From positions 151,287,741 through 151,351,740 of the forward strand of contig CM041465.1 in NCBI GenBank assembly GCA_023213395.1: DNA of 64,000 nt, written 5' to 3'. Below are positions 1 to 11,652 of the stretch, piece by piece. Within the stretch, counting starts at the first letter, position 1; every line of letters begins with the position of its first letter. The notes beneath the pieces are model-generated. The model searched no databases, had not been told where the DNA came from, and worked only from the letters and a program-made list of their open reading frames with translations. This stretch comes from Cycas panzhihuaensis (taxonomy: Eukaryota > Plantae > Cycadophyta). The translations under genes and the position numbers were made by a program.

Positions 1-1200
1 GTGAGCTCATATACATAATTACAAGGATATCTAATAATATCATCTAACCCAACAACAAGAATACACCATACTAAGGAATAAATCAACACACCTAACAATA
101 ATAATAAATTATAGTGAAAGAGAATATACTCTCTTTAAAAGTGGTGTTTAAAGGCATAAATTGATAATTAAGTGAGCTCCAAAATAGTTGACATAAGATA
201 TTTTATAGAATCCCACATTTAAGTAAAACATCAAAGGCAACTTCATGTATTGAAAGGCATGACAAAAATATAAGAATCTAGAATGATATATTTTATTAGT
301 TCATGATATATATTAATAGATTTTGGGAAGATAGGTCTATACACGGGAGGCATTATACCCACCTTAATGCATCACACAAAGGCTACACAAAGATCACTAC
401 ACTTCATACAAAATATCTTAGGTATAAGTGAGGAGATGAGAGTATTATTCTAAGGAATAAGTTTTGTGTTAGTAGGATTCGATTCTACAACATAAAATGA
501 ATATACAACAAAACTTTAGTATAATAGGGCATTTAACGTGGGATGATATAATGTGAGTTATACTCATGTTATCATTTACCAACTCATATATAATAACTCC
601 ATTTGTGTTATGGCTAGAAAAGATGGAAAGATACTAGTTATACATATAGGGGTTATAGATAATTTAGCTAGTAGAATACTTGTGGATACTGATAAGATAT
701 TATATAGACCTATAAGAAATACGATGGGCATTTTAGGTAGTGCATCCTTATGCATTTATTTAACTAGGTATCAAGGTCAAGATCGTTATGACATTATGAG
801 AATGGTTGAAATAATGGGAGCACAATTTACAAAGCCATTGATTGCGAATAAAGTAACACCTCCCATTTGTTACAAGTATGAAGGAGACAAGTATAGGGTT
901 GTTAAATAAATAGGAATAAAATTAGTCAACCATCGTTGGCTTGAAGATTGTTTGAAGACTTGGGTATTACTTACTTAAGAAAATTATTTGAAAAGTAGAT
1001 AGGAAGTGGAACTTTTGGAAGCAAAGGTTGGTCTACCTCTGTTAACAACACACCATCAAGTCTCATATAGTTATTCTACTAATCTATATGGACATCTTAT
1101 GGTGATAAATTCTAAACCCCTTTCATATTATACATCACACTAATTGGTTTTTATAAAAAAGGAATTTCCAAAGATAAAATTTTCACCCAAAGAACATGTA
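1..1200 (+). mobile_element. Partial second copy of the internal region of the BRCT-carrying LTR element (matches ~4404-5592)
   Basis: Co-linear high-identity match to 4404-5592. The match ends abruptly at aagaacatgta (1200), where a minus-strand Copia remnant begins. Confidence 0.9.
436..1030 (+). pseudogene. Intronless tandem-BRCT fragment (At4g02110-like), copy 1
   Basis: Reads MRVLF*GISFVLVGF...THVII...LYRPIRN...LTRYQGQDRYDIMRMVEIMGAQFTKPLIANKVT..ICYKYEGDKY...KLVNHRWLEDCLKTW, resembling the N-terminus of plant At4g02110 BRCT proteins. It has in-frame stops. Confidence 0.85.
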
Positions 1201-1892
1201 TTGCCACAAGTTTAGTAACATGATCAGTAATAGTGTAGATGTCTTAACTAAAGAGGACATCTAGATTTTGCTTGTTAATTTAGCTGACAGAAAGTGGGTT
1301 TATTTTCACGCTTAGAACTAAAACACATTATTGATATGATCCAAAATTTTGGAGTCTTTTAAATTTGTTGGGGCCCATTCTAATTTTAGTTACATCATAT
1401 GGCAGGTTATCTCTAAATGTGATTATTCGAGTATTAATTGGATAGGTTTCCTCCAATATGTCTTCTATGCTAGTCATGTGGCATATGGCACCTGAGTCAA
1501 GTAGCTAAGAGTTATCACTGTGTTAAGATGATAATGTCACAAAGAATAGGTTTTGAGAGGAGGTATCCTAAGTATCTACCACATTGTCTTCTTCTTAAGT
1601 GTTAGGGTTATTCCTTGTAATCCAAGATGGGAACTGTTATCTATTTTATTGATGTTGATTTTGATTTGATCTTTGATTATAATTATGCTAATAGAATTGT
1701 CCTAGTTATTATTATGATGGCCCTCCTTGTGGATAAATAGGGCCTCCTTGTTGAGGAATGGGGCTTCCATATTGTAGATAAGGGATTCCTTATTGAGGAA
1801 TAGGGCATCTTTATTGTAGATAAGGGGCTCCTTATTAAGGGCATGGTCCTCCTTATTGATAACTAGTTTCACCTTGTTGGTAGTTAGGTGCT
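1201..1892 (-). mobile_element. Ty1/Copia element C, protease and pre-integrase remnant (continues at 7030-9238)
   Basis: Minus strand ~1470-1510 reads *LLDSGAICHMT (Copia protease motif). KLWQ near 1201-1215 resembles the start of the pre-integrase LWHxRLGH motif. Confidence 0.75.
1718..1865 (-). repeat. 21-bp tandem repeat (~7 copies) encoding xPQQGxP units in the Copia gag-protease linker
   Basis: Units such as gggcctccttgttgaggaatg and gggattccttattgaggaata. The minus frame reads IPQQGGP-like heptads once CAA>TAA changes are reverted. Confidence 0.75.
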
Positions 1893-3659
1893 TGTTAGAA
1901 ACCTTCTTAAAGATAGTTAATTGAACTATTAAGTGAATAAGCACTTTCGAATAGTTACAACCTTTTGTGAAAAGGCCCTATTATATACATATAAATATGC
2001 CCTCAAATGTATTGTAAATCATCACTTATTCTTTATCGATAAAATATCATTTAATTGACTATTAAATCTACTTCCCAGCATGTGTGTGCTCTTATTTACT
2101 TTCTAGAACCTTGAAATTAATCTAGTTATGGAAAAGGTCCATAACTAGTGGTATTAGAGTAAGTTTGGTCTAGCTTGAAAGAAGCATACATTACCTACTA
2201 GTTAATCAATCATATATATTATAGATTATTATTGTCATCAACCACCATATTTGTGAACTATAACATTATATATTTAGGTGTAATTTAGGCTACACTATAT
2301 ACTATATAATCCACAATATTGAAAACTTGTGATCTAACAAGTAGTGAGGAAATCTACATACATAATAATAAACAAGAGCTACTTATACAAAAAAGGCAAC
2401 ATTGCTAGTCCAACTCTAATCCTTATGGTTATAAAAATTAAACTTTTAGGCAAAAAGAAGACCGTTGAACTACAAAATATCAATCATCAATCATAACAAT
2501 AGATGCAAATTATATGAGGATGCATTAATAAGGAGAATCGACATTCCATATTTAAAATTACCCTTGTGATTAATACCAGTGGAGACTAGCCACATCATTA
2601 AAATAATTAATTAATATCTAACTCATGAACTTAGTAGTTGGTATCATTGTCTACCATCATCATATATATTTCATATGATATAATCACAGAAATATGGCAT
2701 TCCATCAGTAGAGGGCAATGGTGTCTTACCTACATTTTCATCTAGCCATCAAGCATTTCATCTTTGATTATATACATAACATTTAAAATCAAAGTAAGAC
2801 ACAAATATATTAGTCATCGACGTAGCCTATGAGAAATTATAAATTTAAAAATAGTGAATATTATTTGCTATATTCGTCATTGAAGGGAGTTTACAATATA
2901 TACATCCAAATATAAATCTGGACCTTGATACATATGTGACTACATTGATCCACTATTAAGCTGTGGATAGTCTCCTATGATTATTAATTATCTACCTCTG
3001 CCCTATGACTTAATATGTTAAAAGTACATATAACATCGCTTAAGTTATTGAAAAATAAAAGTATTAAAATCATAATTATTGATGATTAGTATGTATAAAG
3101 TGTCTACCTGAGCTATGAAAATATAATTAGAATGGTGTAGAAATACAATCCAACCATCACAGCTACAGGGAAATTTTATTTGCAGCCTATCTCATAGCAC
3201 ACACTGCTATTGGTGTGAATCTATTTAGGCAATATGAAGACTCTATGTGATTATTTTCTTAGATCTTTAATAAATCTCTTAGCCAACTTATCTTTGTCCA
3301 CTAACCTATTCCATCACTTGAGTCATTCGATTTAGAATAAAGACATATTAGCATAAATATATCAGTTGAGGAACTTATGACCTTATGGTGATACTAGAGT
3401 GATATACTTGATAAACCTACTATTGTTACATCAAACATCACGATAGTAAAATAAATTAAATTAAGGTAATCACTATAAACTTTAAATAAAATACATTACA
3501 AATGTAATCTACAATTACACATAACATTTGATACATAAATTACTAAAGAAACTTATAGATGAACTCTGCATAAATTAACTTCGCCTATTAATCATTCATG
3601 TTGACTTATAACCCTCTAACTAAACCCATGCCCTTTGTAATCTACTTTATAACAATGGA

Positions 3660-3660
<1 letters not shown>

Positions 3661-3692
<32 letters not shown>

Positions 3693-3750
3693 TATATACA
3701 TACATCCATATATACATATGTATGTGTGTATGCGTGTGTGTGTATGTGTA
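3661..3750. repeat. Compound microsatellite (CA)n-(TA/CA)-(TG)n
   Basis: Directly visible; the CA arm and TG arm are loosely complementary. Confidence 0.9.
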
Positions 3751-4828
3751 TTTATTAATTTATTTATTAATCTTACTCTGCCATCTATCAAGTTGTGATC
3801 CATATGTAGATGAAATAATCAGTAATTCTGTAAATGAGTTACTCAGTATTTACAAACATTAAGGTGAAGAAGTAGTTGTAAATGATGAGTATAGAGAAAA
3901 CATTGTTGGCATCGACAGATGCCAAATCTAGTTCTTTAAAATAGAGCAAAATAAGGTGTCAGGCTCCACCTATTGACATCATCATTATAACGCTTTCATG
4001 TTTTGAATGCATGAACATTTTGAAGCATTATTGTTAGTTGTATCCAAAAACCTATATCAGGCATACATATATCTCACGCGTCATTGACTTAGAAACAACA
4101 TTATATTTGTGACATAAAAAATATAATTTTATGTATTAACATAAATGGAGATTACAATTAGACGTTTCAAGATTATTTCCAAGTATAAATCCTTTCATAT
4201 TACAATCAAAGCAATACATAAATATTTCAATCATGTTAGCGATTATCTAGTGGGTTTTATGCTTGTGCACCAATTAACTGTCTAATGAATCTATCTATAT
4301 AACTATGAGGTGCATCAACAAAGGTGTGAGATGCATATAAACCTATGCCCATCTTTTGATCAATTATCTAGTGTACTTTATATTGTGCATTGATCAACTA
4401 TATGGTGATCTCATATACATAATTATACGGATATCTAATAATATCATCTAATCCAACAACAAGAACACGCCATAATAAGGAATAAATCAACACACCTAAC
4501 AATAATAATAAATTATAGTGAAAGAGAATATACTCTCTTTAAAAGTGGTGTTTAAAGGCATCAATTAATAATTAAGTGAGCTCCAAAATAGTTGACATAA
4601 GATATTTTGTAGAATCCCACATTTAAGTAAAACATCAAAGGCAACTTCATGTATTGAAAGGCATGACAAAAATATAAGAATCTATAATGATATATTTTAT
4701 TAGCTCATGACATATATCAATAGATTTTGGGAAGATAGGTCTATATAGAGGAGGCATTATATCCACCTTAACGTATCACACAAAGATCACTATACCTTTC
4801 ACAAAGTATCTTGGGTATAAGTGAGGAG

Positions 4829-6660
4829 ATGAGAGTATTATTCTAAGGAATAAGTTTTGTGTTAGTAGGATTCAACTCTACAACACAAAATGAATATGCA
4901 ACAAAACTTGAGTGAAATAGGGCATTTAATGTGGGACGATATAATGTGAGCTATACTCATGTTATCATTTACCAACTTATATATAATAACCCCATTTATG
5001 TTATGGCTAGAAAAGATGGAAAGATACTAGTTACACATTTATGGGTTATAGATAATTTGGCTAGTAGAATACTTATGGATACTGATAAGATATTATATAG
5101 ACCTATAAGAAATATGATGGCCATTTTAGATAATGCATCCTTATGCATTTATTTAACTAGGTATCAAGGTCAAGATCGTCATGACATTATGAGAATGGTT
5201 GAAATAATGGGAGCACAATTTACAAAGCCACTGATTGCGAGTAAAGTAACATATCTCATTTGTTACAAGTATGTAGGAGACAAGTATAGGATTGTTAAAC
5301 AAATAGGAATAAAATTAGTTAACCATCATTGGCTTGAAGATTGTTTGAAGACTTGGGCATTGCTTCCTTAAGAAAATTATTTAAAAAGTGGATAGGAAGT
5401 GGAACTTTTGGAAGCAAAGGTTGGTCTACCTCTGTTAACAACACACCATCAAGTCTCATATAGTTATTCTACTGATCTATATGGACCTCTTATGGTGATA
5501 AGTTCTAAACCCCTTTCATATTATACATCACACTAATTGGTTTTTACAAAAAAGAAATTTCCAAAGATAAAATTTTCACCTAAAGAACATGTAGAAGCAA
5601 GGACTTTTAAAAAATCAAAAAGGAATGAGAAGCCTTTAGACATAGATAGTAGAAATGAACATAAAGAATTTTACCTAACATTAATAAACCTTAATGATAC
5701 CTATTTGTTAGTGTTAGATAGAAAATTAAAGGAGTAAGTAAGAAGATTAGAGGAATTACATCAGAAAAAATATGAAGGACATATAGATAAATGTGTCAAC
5801 AAAGTATGTATTAAGGGCCCATCTATACTAAAAGCTAATGGAATACAAGACCATATAATACAAGAAGAAAAGGGGCCTATAAACCAAATCATAATCCTAA
5901 CACATGATTTGAACATATAAGAAGAAGAAAATAATATACAACAAGAAAGTAAGGATAAACCATTGTTAGCTAATAAAGGAAAAATGTTAGTATCATTCCC
6001 AAAAGCAAATTTAACAATTTATAAACAGGATATTAAGTTTATGGCAAAATGGTTACTGACAGTAATGATATCTACATTCCTTGATCAATTGAAGAAGAAC
6101 CAACCAGTGCCAATAAAATCTCTTAATCAATCTAAATAAAAGATACTAATACTGATAATAATAAGTTTACTTATTAATCGACCAAATAATATAAATCAAA
6201 TAACTATATCATATGTATCTAAGGATTTCCCAGAGTCAGCAATAATCATCTCTCCTCCTAATAAATCTCATAATTTTTTGAGCATTAATATAAAATCATA
6301 TATTCTAAGATGAACATTACATCTATCAACAGATGGAAGTCAAAGTCAAATGGAAGATATTGTGGCAATAATCTTTAACCTACAAGCAAAAGCATATAAG
6401 AATTTAACATTTTTATAATCAGCATCTACTAAAGAATTCTAATCGGTCGACAATTACTTCAATTTATTCAAGCTTAACCTCGTATACATATTCATTATTA
6501 TTTAAAGTTCCAATAATTATGACTCAATAACATACATTAGATTATTATGATATTCTTTTATTAGTAAGAGATGACATAAAACCAATTATTATCTTAATTA
6601 GGTTCTAAGGATAAAACATTTCAAGGAGGGGGGCATGCTACGAACCACCTTTGAATGAAG
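4829..6660 (+). pseudogene. Decayed ORF: tandem BRCT (4829-~5420) fused in frame to an unknown ~400-aa region ending at the PPT
   Basis: ATG 4829 is in the same frame as track ORFs 4931..5371 and 5537..5737. The frame reads on with sparse stops to ~6415 and reaches KHFKEGGML across the first PPT (6623-6635). Confidence 0.75.
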
Positions 6661-7029
6661 TAATCAACCAATCATTCGACTATGTTTCATGGTTTTATTA
6701 TGAACCACCTTGAATGAAGTAATCAACTAATCATTCAATAATGTTTTGTGGGCAAAACATCTTAAGGAGGAGGTATTGTTATGAACCTCCTTAAAGATAG
6801 TTAATTAAACTATTAAGTGAATAAGTGCTTTGAATAGTTGTAACCTTTGGTGAAAAGGGCCTATTATATACATATAAATATGCCCTCAAATATATTGTAA
6901 ATCATCACTTATTCTTTATTAATAAAATATCATTCAATTGACTATTAAATCTACTTCCTAGTGTATGTATGCTCTTATTTACTTTCTAGAACCTTGAAAT
7001 TGTTCCAGTCACAGAAAGGATTCATAATA

Positions 7030-9238
7030 TTATAGCTTGTTAAGAATATGGGGCTCATTGTTGGAAGGTAGATCCATATGGTTGTCCCCCTTTATTTTAA
7101 AGCATTTGAAGATCAACTTGTTATCTCCTATATTCAATAGCTAAATGGCCATTTTTTCCATAATACAAGTAGGTGACATTTGGTCTATGTTGTTGATTTC
7201 TTTACGATTGAGGTTATGGTGGTTGATGGGGTTGCTAAGGCTATTGAACTTTTTGGAAGGAAGTGCTGACTTGTTGTGTTTATTGTTGAGTTGGTGGTTG
7301 ACTTGTATCTTGTGATATATCTAAAGAGTCAAATTATTAAGAAAGATTTTATAGTTGACTTAGTTGTTGAGTTGGCCATTGAATAGTCTTGCCCCTCTCT
7401 AAAGTTTGGTCTATAAATATAAGGGCTAAGTTAGAGGTAGATAGAAGCATTTGTATTATCATTTATAAGTCTCCTTTAGTTTTGAGTCTTATGTGCTTTT
7501 TTCCTATCTCTAAAGGGGCTATTATTCTAAAGTTCTAAGTTTTTAGGTCTCTAAGGAAGCTCTCGGTTATTATCTTATTAAGTGATACCTACCCATAAGT
7601 GGCAAACTAGGGACTATATATATCAGTATATGAGCTCAAGGCTCCATATACCCTAGTATATGGGTTGCTAAGAAGGTCAAAGACCCCCCTTAATTTGTTG
7701 GTCAACCTATGCCAGACTTATGCATAGTGACAGATCTAGTTGAGAACTATAACTAAGGTACTCGCTTCCTCTAGGTCTAGCCTGGTCTCCAAATATCAAA
7801 GGATGAGTTTTCCACCTTAGCCTACCATGTAATACACCTTATAACCAATGGTTTTCTCTAATATTTGTTAAATCCAAGGAATGTGAAAGATGTATGTAGA
7901 GTAGTAACTTTAGGTATCCTACCCATTCCCCTTGCAACGCTGATATAGTTTGCTTCTAGATTTAAGATTATATTTATTAATCTTTCAAGTTGAAGATAGA
8001 TTTTAATGTGTTCTTGCTTATAAATAAGGTTCTTTTTAATAAAGGAAGGTAAAAAATGAAAGGAAATACAAGAAATTGAAAGGAAACGTAGGGTTTAGAG
8101 AGCTCTTTGATGGACATGCTCTAAGAAGATCCACCTCAATCCTTCAAGAAGAACACCTGTAATAGCCAAACCATAAGCACTTGTTAGTTCAAAAATCATA
8201 TTATAACAACCTACTAATACATACCAATGACATACAATATCAGAAATTCTTATGCAAAGCAGAATATAAGTCTTCAGTTGATGAAATAAGGCTTAAGATT
8301 ATTCAAATAAGAAGGTTAATTTGAGTAGCATATAACTCCTATAAAATAAACTCAAATTAGGTTATAAATGGCTTCAAACTATATCCCTTTTAATTATCTT
8401 TCCAGTGGTTCATACGACACCAAAATCTAACTCTTTGTTGAAAAGTTATAGCTTATGCCCCTTTCATTGGTTGGTGCCTAGTCTCACTATGGCTACATAT
8501 GACCATAGGCTAAACTCATGAGGAGTTGAATAGACCTAAAATTTTATCAAATACACCCTAATATTTTTGCTCAAAGAAAAATTATAAAAGATAATATCTT
8601 TGGAATCTACCACTTTTAAAGATAAATCTTGATCATATGAGATAAAAATGAGACCCACAAATTAGCCCCTTTTGATAGAACTCAAGCTGGAATCTAATCT
8701 AATTAATTTCACTTAAACTTAAAAAAATAATTAAAAAAATAAAGCAAAATTAACAGATCAAATTTTATAGCCCATGGTAGTGGCGCAGACCCATACAAGC
8801 AACAGACAACCTGCACGATTAGATTTAGGGTTGAACAGGGACTAAATAGAGCCATTTTTTACTGAAATAAAGCTGAGAGACCTAAGGACTATAATAAGCT
8901 TGAAAATCTATACTTGGAAGGTGGTACAAGCTAGAAACTTCCTATAGTAGCTTCAAATTGGCTAATGACTACCAAATATTATAAAAAAATCTTGATAAAA
9001 AAGGTGTGAATAGTGTGTCATTTTGGTAAATGTGCCTCTATTTCTCACACAACTCATAAAATAACAATGAAAAATGTAAGTAATGGCTTTGATACCATGT
9101 TAGATTAGCATCAGGATCAAATATCAATATGCATTCAATAATAAAACTCAACAAAACAAATGAAATATCAAGCAATAAAGCAAATATGAGTAAATAGCTA
9201 TAGGTAAATTGGTTGTACTGTGTGTCTCTATTCTAACA
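7030..9238 (-). mobile_element. Ty1/Copia element C, 5' part: LTR 9098-9238, PBS, leader, decayed gag with zinc knuckle
   Basis: TGTTAG...CTAACA 141-bp LTR. gctttgatacca (9086-9097) is a reverse Met PBS. Minus ~7130-7185 reads VTYLYYGKNGHLAIEY, a decayed CCHC knuckle. Confidence 0.7.
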
Positions 9239-11652
9239 AAGTGTATGCATTTGTATATTTGAAAGTTTAGTTGATATAATAATAAGTTGATATAGGTGAT
9301 TTGTAATAGTCAATAGGAGGTGAGTAGAATGAAGAAAGGTTCATTGATTTAATATAATGTGTGATTATTATTGAATTGAGATTTATCAAAATGTTAGAAT
9401 TAATTTATAATATTTTAACTATAAATCCTTTTAATAAATGTCTGCATGATATGCCTTACTACTATATTCATGGTATCAGAGCAAGGTTTTGATGGTGCAT
9501 TAGTCAACTGAAATTGTTAATATTACACCTATTTTGGTCATTGATAAAGAGTAACATATAGGAATTACATGTATTTTGCTTTGTTGGCTAAATTATTCAG
9601 CTTTTAAAGCATTTTCTAATATATGTATTATTAAATTCAAGTTGCAAGCAGCTAAGAATTAATTATAGGTATAAAATAAACACATTAGCTAAAAATATAT
9701 ATGTAGACTCACATGTAAGATCGATGAAGTAGGCAAATAAACATATGTAATATGTAAGCCAATATACCTCACATGCAAGTTGAATAAATAACATACAAGC
9801 AAGAACTAAACTCAATAGGTCTCTATGAACCTCTATTCTTATGATGAATTAATTACTCTTTATTTATTGTGCTTTAAAAGTTCTATGATAATATTATGTA
9901 TCAGATAGAATATTAGGCAAGTTATAGTAATCTCTACTAAAAAATAAGGTCTAAGACTAAATTATGCAAAATAAATATTGATCTCTAAATTCAAAAGTGG
10001 TTAAGAAAATTTTAAATAATGTATTTTTTAAAAAAACTTTTGAAAAGATGTTTTATTAATAAAAGAATATTCTTAATAAAATATTCTATTTTTTATACTA
10101 TATAGTTTCAAAACTACATTTTAAAAAAAAAAAAATCTTAAAGATTACTCCACAACGACTCTGCATGTAAGCTTTGATGACTTGCAACGATGAAAATATG
10201 ATGACAGTACATGAAGGAGAATGACATATTCATCACATAGAATCAAGGAATGCAAATGAAGAGACCCATTGAGGGCACATGTCACCACATAACCAACTAT
10301 AATAGAAGAAATAATCTTCAATAAAGCATTACAGTAAAAACATCCAACACTCTTATATGGCCTAAAACTATTCGACACAAACTTTATCCACAAATAGCAA
10401 AGAAATCATGCTAGGGGTTATATTTATACCTAAATCTCATGAAAAGGAAGTAGACCATCGAATGAATGGAATTGTAATGAAGAGCTAAATGGATCAAAAA
10501 AAAGAGGTTTAGTTGTAACCCATGTCTCACATTAGAAACCATGCAAGCAGAGTAAATTATCTCAAATAAATAATGCATAGACAATGATACTTTTGGAGAA
10601 TATGATCACAGACAAAAAGTGAAAGCACAAAAACTCAATGGATTCTCAACAAAAAGGAAAAACATAGTGAAGAGGAGGCTCATACTAAGACCACATAAAC
10701 TAGGACAAATTAGATAAAGGTTAAGTAGAGACTTAAAAGATAATTGAAGAGAAATTTTTTCATTGATAAAACTCAAACTTGGATGTAAAAAGTAGAACAC
10801 TCATCTTTGCATGCCTACTACTACCATATCTTAAAACTATATAGTGTAACCTATCAAACTAACCACTATTAGTCTGATTATATAATGGCAGAGAAAGTTT
10901 CAAAGAAAGTGGCTTCTTGTAGTAGTTATAACTAATTTTATGGATGGATCCATCCATTGCTCATATATTCCCAACAAATATTCTTTTAAGAATATTCCTA
11001 AAATAACTTTAGGATAAAAAATATTAAACTTTTTATAAAGTTTAAATATTTAATTGTATTGGAATATAATTTAAAGTCTATAAGTTGGCCTTCTTCTTGC
11101 TAACCCTTGGTAACATGGATTACCAAGAATCTATTTTTCAAAAATAAATATATCATCATGACTAATTTTTTAAGAGCTTCAATTTAGCAGTGGTCATTTT
11201 CTACATTTTTATACAAAATTTTAAGAAAAAGTATATTTTTTAAATTTTTAGTAGTATTATGGCTACCTGTAAGTAGACTAAAGTAGATAAACACTCATGC
11301 TAAATACCTACATATAGACTAAGGACTCAGATAGTTATTTTCTTTATTCGATGCTTGTTTTTCTTGCTTTCTAGTTGATTGTTGTTACATACTACTTAAA
11401 AATAGCTAGTGGAAGTGGAATCCTAGGTGTAATCCTAGAGAAACTTACAAGTCCTAAAATTTACATAGTTTGGAAGCACCACATATTTAGTTTCTTTCAC
11501 CTTAATGTCCACCAGAAATATGTTGATGAATCAGTTAAAGGAAAGGATGTAAAAGATATCATAGCTTTTGAAACTAAATTAATGACTGATATAGCTTTTA
11601 AAGTAAAATACAAGTCAAAGATGAGGATTATATATATGTTTCTTAATATTTC

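Larger units (their letters stand above)
1893..7029 (+). mobile_element. Non-autonomous LTR element D (Gypsy-like PPT) carrying a BRCT fusion ORF, inserted in Copia C
   Basis: Matching ~253-bp LTRs at 1893-2146 and 6777-7029 starting TGTTA. Met PBS variant tggtattagag at 2149. PPT aaggaggaggta before 6777. No RT, integrase or RNase H motif seen. No clean TSD. Confidence 0.85.

Noticed and set aside
1702-1944. Track ORF with NKEAL repeats
   Set aside because: It is an alternative frame of the 21-bp repeat and crosses an LTR junction.
436-5420. Functional host BRCT genes
   Set aside because: Both copies have in-frame stops, lack introns and the host C-terminus, and lie in LTR-element sequence.
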